Assembly (NCBI GenBank): GCA_028534125.1
Contig: CM052824.1
Coordinates: 7,378,001-7,442,000 of the forward strand
DNA from: Lama glama
Taxonomy: Eukaryota
DNA length: 64,000 nt
Direction: 5' to 3'
Under the pieces are notes generated by a model that worked only from the letters and a program-made list of their open reading frames with translations, did not search any database and was not told the origin of the DNA. This document shows, piece after piece, positions 38,270-50,594 of this stretch (position 1 is the stretch's first letter; each line of letters opens with the position of its first letter). Position numbers and translations under genes: made by a program.

Positions 38270-38509
38270 AAGGGATAAATTGAGAATTCAAGATTTGCAG
38301 ATACTAACCACTATCTATAAAATAGATAAACAACAGGTTTCTGCTATATAGCCAGGGAACTAAATTCAATATCTTGTAGTAACCTATAATGAATAAAAAT
38401 ATGAAAAGGAATATATGTGCATATATGTATGACTGAAACATTATGTTTTATGTCAGAAATTGACACAATTTATAGTCTTTGTAAACTGACTCTACTTCAG
38501 TTTAAAAAA
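38270..38509 (+). mobile_element. Artiodactyl-type L1 3' end
   Basis: gggataaattgagaattcaagatttgcagatact...cagggaactaaattcaatatcttgta...tttaaaaaa; degenerate TSD around atgctt. Confidence 0.88.
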
Positions 38510-38564
38510 GCATGCTTGAATTGACATTTTTAATGAGTTTCTATTGAAATGTAAGTGGTTTGTG

Positions 38565-38910
38565 GTATTTTTTATTTTATTGTGATAAAAACACTTAACA
38601 TGAGAACCACCCTCTTAACAGATTTTTAAGTGTACAACACGGTACTTTTATGTATAAGCACAATGCTGAAAAGCAAATCTCTAGAATTTATTCATCTTGC
38701 ATAACTGAAATTTTAGATCTATCAGTTAATAACTCCACATTTAGCACTTACCTCAGCCTTTGGCTGTCACGTTTCAGTTCTTTCCTTCTGTGAGTTTGGT
38801 GACTGCAATTTGTCCTTTGTGACTGGCTTATCTCACCTAGCATGATGTCCTCGAGATTCATCCATGCTGTCACCTATCACAGGGTTTTCTTCTTTTTTTC
38901 AGGCTGAATT
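38565..38910 (-). mobile_element. L1MA9/10-like 3' end
   Basis: acacttaacatgaga...tctctagaatttattcatcttgcataactgaaa...tttgtcctttgtgactggctta. Confidence 0.85.
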
Positions 38911-39294
38911 CTTGACAGAGGTTGGAACAATGATAGAGAAACACTAGTGATAACAACTATTGACTAAAACATGGTCAGAAACACTGCACAAAGATTAACA
39001 CAAAGACAAAGAACATACTGTGGGGGCCAAGATTAAAGCTGTCCCAAACTAGGGGCATGCTCTCTTGACTGCAGGACTGGTGCCACAGTCACTTTGGACT
39101 CCTGTTAGATCCTGTGGTTTGCCAGCCCCATGTCTATGGTTTTGAAGTCTGCTGTTTTGGGGACTTGACACATCTCATGGTAAAAATAAGCCAAAATTAG
39201 ACTCGCTGACTGAAAGTCTAGTTCTAGAACTTTTCTTTCCCTGCATTTTCATTTGACTCCCAGTGCCAGTGGATACCCACTATGGAGGCCATTA

Positions 39295-39385
39295 TGGTCC
39301 AAAAAATCCATACTGAGTTTCGAATCAGAAGGCATCAACTTGAAACCTAGTTTGTTCACTTACTCTCTATAGGATCTTGGGGATT
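39295..39385 (+). mobile_element. MIR fragment
   Basis: gaatcagaagg...cctagtttgttcacttactctctataggatcttggg. Confidence 0.5.
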
Positions 39386-39439
39386 CAGGGTTGGATGGGA
39401 GGTTGTTTAAACCATTCTTCTGTTGATGCACAAATAATT

Positions 39440-39770
39440 ACTGATGCACAACAGCATGGGTGAATCTCAAAAGCGTGTATTAAGCAAAAGAACCCAGACA
39501 CAAGGAACACATGTGCTGTGACATAACTTTTACGAAGCACAGGAACAGATAAAACTAATCAGTAGGGAGCTGGAAGGATGGTTGCTGCAGGGTGGGTCGG
39601 GACCGGGAGGCAGAAGTGAAGACTGGGAAAGGAAATGAGGAAACTTGGTGATGGATACATTTCGTGCCTCCATCCTGGGGTGTTCACAAGGTTGCATATG
39701 TTAAAAATCACTATGCAGTACCTAAGATTTGTGCATTTTATTATACATAAACTATATCTCAAAAAATACT
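39440..39770 (+). mobile_element. L1ME1-like 3' end
   Basis: catgggtgaatctcaaaa...aaaagaacccagacacaa...taagatttgtgcattttattatacataaactatatctcaa. Confidence 0.85.
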
Positions 39771-40288
39771 ATAAAAATCCACGGAGAAGGGAGAAAGACA
39801 ATGAAACTATAGAAATGCTGAGAATAGCTGGAAGAAAGGCCCAAATCCCCAAGAAGGAAAGAGAGGACAGGATATCCAAAACTCATTTTGGGGTCTCTGC
39901 ATCCCTTAGCCTGTGAAAAATTGAGAACTAGACCCAAGACATCCAAGAGGCAAAATATTCACTTTGAATAACATTCCTGTCTTGGCAATCATGGGTCAGT
40001 CCTTCCCCGCTGTCTTCATGAGCCCCACAAAGCCCAAACTGCTTTCCAAGGTGTGGTAGGAGTTTACAAAACAAGCAAAGCCTGTGTGTGTGTTTGTTTC
40101 CTATCTCTATCTGAATCTGTAAGAGTATCATTCACAAAAAAAAAAAAAGGAGAATTGTTTCACATTCTATCTCAAATTCTGGAAATAAGCTAATGTGGGC
40201 TGTTCTTATTTACTATACAGTGTACAGTGTTCTACAATATTTTGTCTTCTAATTCCCAGAGACTGCAATCCCCTTCCCCCATGCCCCA

Positions 40289-40289
<1 letters not shown>

Positions 40290-40325
<36 letters not shown>
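40290..40325. repeat. (CA)n microsatellite, about 18 units
   Basis: Seen directly. Confidence 0.97.
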
Positions 40326-40329
<4 letters not shown>

Positions 40330-41575
40330 GCAGTGCTGCTGGGAATACCTTACTGGAGAAAGGGCACATCACATGTGAGTATTTGGAAAGATACGCTTCT
40401 GAGATGAAATATAATTATTCATTAATAATCACAGAAAATGAATCTGAGGCTTCCAGTTCATCTCCTTGCCATTTCAAGATTTTCCTCTCCATTAAGATAC
40501 TCATATAGTAATCTAAGCAAGTGATATTGCATTTTATTAGTTCACATTTTAATATGACATTTATATTCCATTTTCTATTTCACTAGCTGTCACGTATATG
40601 CCTATTGTTTTCATATCCCTCCTTTTGCCAATAGTGCTTTTTTAATAAGATTTTCCTTATAAAGTCAATTCTAAAGTGTTCTGATGTTCTATATAATCAA
40701 TTTTCCATAGTTCTGTAATGATTGCTTCATAACATTCTATGGCTGGTTTTATTGCCTTTGTTTTCATTTATAAAACTATTATAGGAAATGAAAATATAAA
40801 TGCATGTGTGGGGTTTTCCATATCACTGCAAAGATTTAAATTTAGCATTTTTGCAGGGCAGTTTGTGAAAACATGACAATATAATCAGAGAGTTAAAGGA
40901 TGGCGATTTTCTGATGGAGTATTGTTTTGTAAAGCAAACTTATAACTGAATACTGAGTGACCGGACTGACTGCATTACTGGTTAATAAGCAGGTTTGTGA
41001 CACTCCCGGTACCATCACTGCCTACCGGAACTCGTCAACAAACCTGAGTGTCTAATGAGATTCCTAAATTATCTAAAAAATTAAAGAGACTCCAGCCAAT
41101 GAATTACTCTAGCATTTGGTATTTTTATTAGTTTATTTTTGACAAAAGACAGCAAGACAAAGGCAAAACAAGTAATTTATGCAGTAAGTTAAATTGTCAA
41201 AATCTTTAAGTAATTGGCTCATTGATTTTCCATCACTGGAAATGCACACAAACAAATGAAATGAAACTTACTGATGAAAATGTCTGGAATGCATTATGGA
41301 AAATACAAAACGTGTCACAGGCAGAACTATTCCAAGAAACTTTCAGCATCCAGAACTATCCTTTTGGGTACAAGACTCCAGGCCATTGGTTCTCAATCTC
41401 ACCAGACTTAATACCTCCTTTATATAACAGATATTTTTACAATGTCACTTTTATTCTCTCGAAATGAAATTCACAAGTAGTATCATCTATCAATACACAA
41501 TTTTTTAAAAAATCAATCATTAACTATTATATGAAGGAGAAAATTTAAAATACTGTACATTAATATTTACATTTT

Positions 41576-41713
41576 TTTTATTTTTAAATTTTTGGGGGAG
41601 AGCAAGTAATTAGGTTTACATATTTATTTATTTTTGGAGGAGATACTGGGGATTGAACCCAGGACCTTTTATGTTAAGTAGGTGCTCTACCACTTGAGCT
41701 ATACCTTCCCCTC
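41576..41713 (-). mobile_element. tRNA-derived SINE, Vic-1-like
   Basis: tactggggattgaacccaggacc...gtgctctaccacttgagctatacc; TSD ta(t/c)ttacatttt at 41564-41575 and 41714-41725. Confidence 0.92.
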
Positions 41714-42215
41714 TACTTACATTTTAGACATAACGATACTTGTAACCATAAAGAGTTAGATAGATGCTCACACCTATAGGTATCATCCCTGTGAATGGAC
41801 AAATAAAAATGCACATTGGCTTATTTTGTTGTATTGTTGCCTCAAAAAACAAAGAAATCACAAAGTGATTGTGAGAAATGATGAGTAATTCTTGGTAAAG
41901 TTCTTAACAAAAACAAAATTCAATTTTTCCTCAATGTATACATTAGTTGCATTACTGGAAAAATCTGCATGTAATAAAACTATTCACAAAAAGACTTGAT
42001 TTTACTAGAACTTAGTTATTTATAAACCTTACGCTTACAGAGATACTCAGTAGAGCCTTAGAAAGCCATGCAGAGCCACACAATCAGTCATCATACAGGA
42101 CTTTTCCTGCACATGCAGAGCATCCAGCATCCCTGGCAATTGCCCACTAAGTGACAGCAGTGACTCCACTTGTCATGACAACCAAGTTCCCCCAACACAT
42201 TTCCCAAAACACCTC

Positions 42216-43102
42216 TGAAAAGGAGAAGGACCCTGTGGGCATCCCCCAGCCCCTACCCCTACCTCTTGTTTACAGAAAAGCTGAAGCCTCCCAGGCCTCC
42301 CTGAGTCTTAGAAGAGCAGGCTCAAGCAGCTGATGAGGACAAGCCTGAAGGCACTGGGGAAAAGCAATGACTCTGACCTCCTATCTCAACAATTACCTGG
42401 GATTTCTCTCCCATTTCCCTTTAAAACGTTCATGACTGAACAGAATCTTTGTAAATGAATTTTTTGGGAGGGATACTGGGTCCACCAGACTGCAGGCATT
42501 CTGGTAAAAAGTAACTTTCCCTTTTTTGTTACCAAGGCTGTTGACCCCAGGATCATACCCCTGCCCCTCCCTTAAATAGAAACCAATTACTTTTATCTAA
42601 GTCTCAGGAAGCAGCTACAGAGAAGAAATAAGAACTGGCAAGAATCAAAGGAGTCCAAGATGGTGGAGGATCTGACTTCCAGTGGAACTTGAGCCTCATC
42701 ATATGTTCATTAGAATGTATTAGCATGCTAAGTGACACACCCACCCGCACCATGGCGGTTGACGATTGGCATGACAACAACCAGAAAAGACCATACAAGG
42801 ATTGGTTGGCTCCATCACACCCAGAAGGAGGCTATGATGGCAGAAGCCTCTCATAAAAGTCCAGCTGGGCCGGAGCTGTCTCTACCAGCCGTCTTGGCTG
42901 ATGGCGCCCCTCTCGAGCTCTTCCTTTTCCCACTGGAGTACTTTTCCTCCCTTCTCCCTGCTGAGCACTCTCCTTCCACTTCAGTAAAGCAGCTGTTCAC
43001 TTCATCCCTCTGCCTCTGCTGCGCAAATTCTTTCACAGCCAGTGACAAGGACGCACACTTTGGTTGGCTTCCTAATTTAGGGGGTCCCTCCGCCCGCTAA
43101 CA
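42216..43102 (+). mobile_element. ERV1-class solo LTR, MER41-like
   Basis: TG...CA ends with 4-bp TSD cctc; caagatggtgg...ttagcatgctaagtgacacacccacc...ccatggcggttgac...catgacaac is MER41-like; TATA-like cataaaa about 42852, poly(A)-signal-like agtaaa about 42983. Confidence 0.75.
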
Positions 43103-43499
43103 CCTCTCGGGGAATGTGCATCCAGGCAAGAACCACTGCTCTAAATAAACCACACTGTATCCGTTTGCTACTAAGGACAAAGCATTGGTCTAAACGACTA
43201 CAACAACAGCAAATTTAAATCTAAGACAGAACCCCTGTACCGCCCTGTTTTCTCTTGCTTTTAGCCTAAGATCCTTGAGTGTAGCGGAGAGAAGCAGCTG
43301 CTGCCCTCACGATCCACACGTTCTGACGTCGGAGAGGTGAGTGCTTGCTAACACTGGGCCCAAATGCCGTACCTAGGACCACCGTCGTTTGCTTTGTTCT
43401 TTTTCTCAGAGGGCAATTAGCCGTAGAAGGGGTTTATGTGCGATCATGAAGCACGAGCCTAAAGATAAATGTATCTCATTAAACGGTGCGACATCAACA

Positions 43500-43720
43500 A
43501 CAGAGGCTAAAACTTGTAGGGCTGCTACACTAAGCTGTGTCAGACATACGGATGCCTTTAATGCCCACAACCTCCAGAGGAAGGTGTTATCATTTCCATT
43601 TCATAGATGAAGAAAATGAGGAAACTGAGGCCCAGCCTACAGCCACACAGCTGGAAAGTGCCAGAGCAAGGTCGCAAACCTGGCAGGCTGGTGCAGAGTC
43701 CATGTGTTAGGTGATCCTTT
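43500..43720 (-). mobile_element. MIR SINE
   Basis: tttaatgcccacaacc...ttatcatttccatttcatagatga...gaggaaactgaggccca...cacacagct. Confidence 0.85.
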
Positions 43721-43829
43721 TTCCGATGCACGTGGATAAAAGGAGTGAAAGGGAGAGTTATGAACTAGTCCTTTGTCTAAAAACGTTAGTTTTATTATTG
43801 TTGTTCTTTTCTTTTTTTTTTTTTAATGT

Positions 43830-44290
43830 CATGTGATACAGTTACTCCCTTCTTCTCCCTCAGCTGCCTCCTCAAATGGCTACTGTTGTTCTAAGAGATC
43901 CGAGGCCCCTAATGCCTAGATCCCAAGTTGCTCTCAGCTTGCTGGCCTTGGTGATGGCTCTGATTTTAGATGAACAGTCTTCTAGAATATGCATGGGCAC
44001 CTTGTGTTTCTACTCATAAATCTTGGCCCGCTACTTTTCCAGCTTTAATTAAACTGTCCAATGAACATTTTTATTCCTTGGATGCACTCTAGCACAGTGA
44101 ATTTATAGGTACTTAGAAGTCCAGAAATACCATACATCAGAAATTATAGGAGGCCAGGTTATAAGTTCCTTGAGGCCAGATAATGTGTTTTTTCTAGTTA
44201 GCGCTTTATCTCTGTCTCCTAGCACAGTGCCTGAAGCCTAGCAGGTGTTCAAGGATGATTGTTAAAGAAATCAATCAGTCAATGAATTAT
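43830..44290 (+). mobile_element. L2 fragments including 3' end
   Basis: ataagttccttgagg...cctagcacagtgcctg...gcaggtgttcaa...tcaatgaat. Confidence 0.7.
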
Positions 44291-45932
44291 ATATAAGATT
44301 TGGGAAAACAACTTAATTTGAATTTACTCATCTTGATACTTGCTATGGCTACTCTCTCTTCTAGATCAAGTTTTTTCACCCTTTACCATTATGACTGTCC
44401 AAACCTGTCAACATTCTATGGTCCTCTGTCAGACATGATCCGACTTATCATAGCTTATAGCTCCTTGAATTAAAATCAGCATCAAATTTGTATGGACATC
44501 ACCATTAAAAAAAAAACTCAAAAATCTTTTTTTTCATTACATTGAATTACCATTTACTACATATTTATCATATGAATCAATCATATTGTATTTTAAGCCT
44601 GTATTTTCTACAACAATAAAAGGTCTGCATTTGGAGAAGTTATGCTCCAAGCTTTGAAAAGGGGGGAAAAAAAAGGAAGCTAATCTTTATACATAAAGGT
44701 TAAAACTGCTAGAAGAGTATTCAAAAGCAATTTCTTTCATTACATAATTTTCAAATGAAAACCAGAACAGAAAAAATTTAAGGGTGTATCAAACATTCAC
44801 ATCATCATTAAATCAACGTGCATTTGTAAATGTCTTTCGCTGCAGTGACATGTTGATCGAATGACATGGTCTACAGCAGCTGCAAAAGTGACTGTACTCC
44901 ATGGCATGCATTTTCTTGGAAAATATAAAGATCCAAAACAACAAAACAGTTTGAATATAAAATGTGTACCTATGACAGTAAAATGAAGTGAATTAACTTT
45001 ATACTTATTGGAAAGAACAACCCTTCAAAACATATGTACCAAGCTTAGAAATGCAATGTTTAAAATACAGTCCTGAAGAGAATGCACAAATGGAGTTCAT
45101 CTTTCAGTGATGCCCCAAAACAGTTATCCCCTGCTATGACTTTTACTATGTTTTGTCTTTAAAGGGAAATCTAAATTTTACAAGAAAAAGAAAGAACTCA
45201 AACCAACTACAAAGACTAATTGAAAGTCCCAATTAGAAACAAAACCTAAATTAATTCTCTGAAAATAGTTAATGGGAGAAAAAAATGAACTACAACTTCC
45301 AACAGAAAAATGCAAAAAAATATTCCTATCAGGGGAAATAAAGTAGGGCTGAAAATTGGCTCTGGTATAAGGAGTCTCAGAATGGCATATGGAACAGGAG
45401 ATCAGAATGCTTAAAATCTTAGGGAGAAATCAGTATTTAAAAATTTTTTAAAAAGTTAATATGTATGATTTTTAGCTATCTGCAAGAATATTTTTTTAAA
45501 AGTAACAAGAGAAGGAGAAGAATCAGAGACATGTTGCTTTAGCATTGTCGACCAGGGCTAGATCATAGCTCTCACCGTTGTCAAATTCAAAATTACAACA
45601 GAAAACATGTGTTTAGATCTGAGTCCTGGAAGGTGACTTGGGGAGAAGGTTAACCTTTTGTTGACACTGTCTAAAAGTCTCCTGGACCTCCTCTGCCACA
45701 CTGTAAGGCATTTTCCCTTCATTCGTTTTCTCTGAAAGCATTTGCATCTGCTCTCCTTCCAATTTATTTTCCCTCCTCACCTCCTAAAGTGCACCCTATG
45801 CCAGAAAACCCTGTTCCTAACCCACTCTGCTATTAGAATAAAGTAGATAGATACTGTATCCACAGAAATGTGTCTGGTCTGTCATCACATCCCTTAAGGA
45901 TTGCAGACATATCTTCTATTAGCTGACAGTCT

Positions 45933-46028
45933 TTTTTTTTTTTTTTTTGAATGGAGGTACTGGGGATTAAACCCAGGACCTCATGCATGCTAAGCATGTG
46001 CTCTACCGCTGAGTTATTTCCCTCCCCT
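45933..46028 (-). mobile_element. tRNA-derived SINE, Vic-1-like
   Basis: poly(T) then ggaggtactggggattaaacccaggacctcatgcatgctaagcatgtgctctacc; TSD tgacagtct at 45924-45932 and 46029-46037. Confidence 0.93.
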
Positions 46029-46439
46029 TGACAGTCTGTTTCCTTAAAACACTTCTGGGTTAACCAGTTCCTATCCATCCAATACATTCTTTCATATATG
46101 TATGGAAAATAAACTGAATTACTCTGTGCTGAATAGAACGAAGGTACTGTATCTACTATGCTTCAGTGTCAACATAGGTCTTTCTTTAACTATTTTAAAG
46201 TAATCTGGGGGAGGATTTAAAACTTTGGTAGCCAAACTGCAAACTGCATCTAACCAGAAACGTGACAATTCTCGATTTGTCTAATTCTCCCAAAATAGCA
46301 GCTATGTGGTCTGTCAACACTTCCAAAATCAGTTCCATGAATACCGAAGGGACTTCCCAGGTACAACATTTTTTTTCTGGTAATTAGAGAAATGTTTCAT
46401 CTAGCTTTTTTTGTTTTCAACTTGAAAATCAAGTAACTT

Positions 46440-46700
46440 CTAGAGAGTATGGTTTGAAATAGAAAAGTAATTGAAGACTTGGACTGGGAACCACACGAGC
46501 TCAGTGACCTTGAAACGGCTACTCCTCTGTATCTCAGCTGATTTTTCATTCAAAAAAATTATGACAATGATAACATCCATTTCACAGGGTTAGAGAGAGA
46601 ATTAAAGGAACTAACATATGTAAAGTGCTTTGTATATTCAAGATCTGGCATATAGTAAGGGCTATATAGACATTTACTACCATGAAGTTGCTGATAATGA
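46440..46700 (+). mobile_element. MIR SINE
   Basis: gtgaccttgaa...ttcacagggtt...gagaattaaa...atatgtaaagtgctt...ctggcatatagtaag. Confidence 0.8.
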
Positions 46701-47619
46701 TACTCCAATCCAGAAATGAATGATGCAATTTCAGAAACTATTTCAATATGACAAATGTGACTGTATATTGATATTTACATAGCTAAAGAACCCTTTTTAA
46801 AAGACTGCTTGTTAAAATTACATGGCATGAGGCAAGTGTGTGCACTCTCCCTCAAAGTAACAAATATATACTATTATTTTCTTCTTTTGCTTTCCGGACT
46901 GCACCTTCTGAAGACTTATCTCTTCAACTTTTTCAAATATGGGTCATCAGTGGGAAAGCCTTGATGGAGTATGTCTGTAAGGATGGCCTCCAACAGCTGA
47001 GGGCAGACTTCCAAAGTCCAGAGCTGATTTTCCCAGGGATGTCTTGCTGGATAAGAAGTTCCACTGAAATTCACACCCAACAGCAAAGTGCAGGGAAGGT
47101 CACCGTTAACCACGACATGTTCAGTTCTTCAGGTGAGCTCTTTATAGAAACAGCTATATTTAACCCGGATGCTCCTTCTGCATCCTTCAGGGATGCCTGG
47201 TAGTTGAAAATAGAAACCAGGGAGCTCTTGGAGTTAGCCTAATAACTGAAAGTATTTCATAATTCTTCGTGCTGTTTGCATACATAAAAACAGCAATCTT
47301 TATTGCTCGCGGAGGTGAAGACATAATTTCTGATCATCCAGATACATTGAAAGGTGTGCTTACTCTGGCAGAGAAAAGGGTAGAATAAATGCTGTCTTGC
47401 TGCTCAGAAGTCCAGCCTTGAACTGAGATGGAAATGAAGAAGAAAGACTCTTTTCCTTGCTTAATTATTTGGTGACATTTTTAAAAGCTATCTGCCTACA
47501 AACAACAATTTTATCAATCTCAATAGAAAAAAAGTATTATATATGGTAAAGATAATTTTCTTTTAGTTTGTTTATATATTTTTTTCGTTTACTGGGGACA
47601 AGGACTACTTCGTCGATCC

Positions 47620-47830
47620 AGTGCATTTAGTGCTATGGTAAGAATACTACACACGTGTTCTTGTTTAGGGCTCCTTACAAAGCAGTGTGATTATATTTCC
47701 TAACTTTACGGTTGATAAAACTGAAAGTCTGTAGGCAATGTCCACTATAATTAAGGCACAGTGGTAAAGCGGAAATTTAAATCTAATTCTGTTCCACTCC
47801 AAATTTTAAGCTCTTTATACTACACTGTGC
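47620..47830 (-). mobile_element. MIR SINE
   Basis: ttttacggttgataaaactga...aatttaaatctaattctgttccactccaaa...ctctttatactacactgtgc. Confidence 0.6.
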
Positions 47831-48764
47831 AGTTGTCCTGCCTGACCTGACTACTTTGGGTAAATTACCTTTTTTTTCTTTTCTTCAACTGGTTGTTTGA
47901 CAAGTCTGGTGAATAAGGTTAGGCGTTCTTATTGGCTTCCTTTTAAGTAGCTCAGTCATTATATTTTTTTATTTTTTTTGCTTCTTCCATTTGGTTCAAG
48001 TGTCATTTCTCTGTTTCATCTTCTGGATTAGGAGATGTCATTGCGTAAGCAAAGATACTGATTGAACCATGAGGACAACAGATTCATATGACCAGATCTG
48101 CGGCCACTAAGTGCCAATTATAACCTCAAGATACCATCCACGGTGCTTTTAGGAAATCTACTATGGAACATTTCTTCCACTCCAATTTCAAGAAAGGCTA
48201 AGTTTTTACAGCCTTGGAGAATTTTTAGCAAAATAACCGGCATGCTATTAAGAGCCACTTCAGTCCCTGTGCATGAACAGCTGCCTCTTGTCAAAGAGGG
48301 GGCACCTCTGCAGACCTGAGACTGAATGTGCTGCTTTCAAGACCTGCACACCAAAGCCTGAACCAAGACCTCATCCTCGTGCCCTAACACACTTATCACC
48401 CAAATAAACGGACAAACCATTCAGTGCTCTCATGACTAAATAGATGTTTTTAGAAGATTTTTGAATGCTGAAAACAAAATATTGTTGGTTTTCAAAAGCT
48501 ATTGGATGTAAAAACCGTTCATGGAAAATGAGATTATGTAAGATGCTCTCCAAAATCTAAGACTCTAACCATATTTGTGAAGTCTAGAGCTAAAGGCCAG
48601 CACAACATCGACAGAACCATGAAGCTCAATCAGAAAGCAAGAGGCATTAGTTTTCACGTTTCTGGATGAATAAAAAGTCTAATTACTTTAGAAATAAGAG
48701 GAAGGCTATCTCAGAGTATTAAAATTAATCTTGTCTTTAATTAATTAATTAAAATTAATCCTGT

Positions 48765-48890
48765 CTCTGAGTCTATGAGGGCATGGACCTCATTTCATTA
48801 ATCATTCCACCCCTAGTACCTGCTGTTATGTATAAATGATGTGGGTGCTTAAAATATATAGGGAAAAGGAATTAGTGAAATAATGAGTGG
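48765..48890 (+). mobile_element. L2 3' end fragment
   Basis: ctatgagggcatggacct...ccctagtacct...ggtgcttaaaatat. Confidence 0.55.
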
Positions 48891-50207
48891 GTAACTTGAT
48901 AATAGCCACAGGCAAAAAGCATCACATGATTCCAACATAAGATAAGACGCCGTGTCAGAAACTAAGAAGGAAGGTGAGGAGACTACAAAATAAATTGTTT
49001 TTTTTTTCCAATTTGTCTACTACTGTCTTGATGATACACAATCCCATGTGAAGGTGTTAGTGAAAGTGTAACTCATTCCCTTTGTTCCAACCCCAGAGAA
49101 GTTATACCTCTGCCAGATCGTGGTTTGTATCTTCCGTCTTCTTCCTGTTGCTCACTCTCCCATTCTTCCTAATGTCACACTGATCGCAGAGCAGACGCTG
49201 CAATATTCCGAAGTTCCTCTGCCCTAAGGATCTTGTATAAACTTAAAAGAAACCTCAACATTGCAAAGGTTACACCAAGGCAACGGACATCAGTCATCTT
49301 CAGGTCTCCTCCCTAAACATGCACTCAGATTCCTTAATCAAAAAGTCCAAGTTATCAGTTGTCATTACATATTTTTACTCTGGAGGAAGAGGACTGTAAA
49401 GCTGCTGGGTTAAGTAATTCATCAGCTCCTCTACATGAATGGCCTGGACCCCTACCTCAATAACTCACTGTGCCAATTTATTACACATTTTCAGATGAGT
49501 GGTATTCACTTACAAGAGCACAGTAAAATCCCGAACAGTTTTTTTTTTCTCACATAAATCATGCAACTAAGATTAAAGGAAATTGCCGGATATCCAACTT
49601 GCACGTTGGCAACACAACTTAGCAACATATGATTAGCCCAAGGTGTTCTTTCCCTCCTTTATACCTATAGAGAAACAGAAACTTGGAAAAAGAAAGACAC
49701 AAAGATTTAACAAAACCCAGAAATGTGACCAGTACTTTATACAGTACTAACAATTCTAATATTTTGTCGAGTATTGTTTATAATTCAATTCAAAATAGTT
49801 TTACAATCCAGTCCTTACAAATGGGTAAGTTTCTGTTTTGAGGATTCAAAACGGGTAAGAAACATTTTCCTAACCCTAAGATCATACTAATTCAATGAGG
49901 GATACTATTAGCATGCAAATAGTTTTAATATGAGGCAGAAAATACATTTCAGAAAGGAAGTATTAAATATTATAGGCGTAGAAGGAGAATTACATCTAGC
50001 TGGGTGGTTGTTAGATGTTTTAAAAAGTTGATTAGAGCTGGCACAGACAGGCGGGATCCAGGTGACCAGAGTCCAATTCTATCCTGGTATAAATACTTAA
50101 TATGCCCATAAAACATCACGTAAATGTGTGTGCTGAAATATAAACTATTTTCCATGGGGCCAGCTCTATGTTATGCACTATCCTAAGAACCATATATCTA
50201 TGACAAA

Positions 50208-50425
50208 ATTTATTATTTTATTGAGATATAATTGACATATAAACTCATATAATTTTTAGGTTTACAGCACAATGACACAACCTATGTATAAACTGTGAAA
50301 TAATCATCACAATCAATCAAGTTAACATCCATCACCATGCAGATGTAGGAACTTTTTTCTTGTGATGAGAAATTTTAAGATCTATTCTCTTAGCAACTTT
50401 TAGACACATCAAGCAATATTGTTGA
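50208..50425 (-). mobile_element. L1MA8/9-like 3' end
   Basis: ttattgagatataattgacata...gttaacatccatcacc...gtgatgagaaattttaagatctattctcttagcaacttt. Confidence 0.88.
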
Positions 50426-50594
50426 AAATACGATCAGACTGGATCCACACAAGAGCAACGTGAGGTTAAGGTGTTAAGATACTTTATTATTCCAGTGGCA
50501 GATCTGGGTTGGCCGCCTCATCCTGTAAAGCTTTCTCTTAAACACCGCACCTCACTTCTTATCACCACTGTCTCCCTGGGACAGTGGGGTGAAT

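Larger units (their letters stand above)
41384..43138. mobile_element. MER20B-like hAT-Charlie element, interrupted by a SINE and an LTR
   Basis: Termini cattggttctc ... aagaaccactg; MER20-type end (gcatccctggc...tgacaaccaa...cacatttcc) is split at 42215/43103. Confidence 0.75.

Noticed and set aside
42732-43100. 122-aa ORF
   Set aside because: Lies within LTR U3/R/U5; no gag, pol or env similarity
49800-50080. Possible Tigger-like remnant (similar hint at about 22050-22140)
   Set aside because: Could not identify both TIRs or a diagnostic internal sequence
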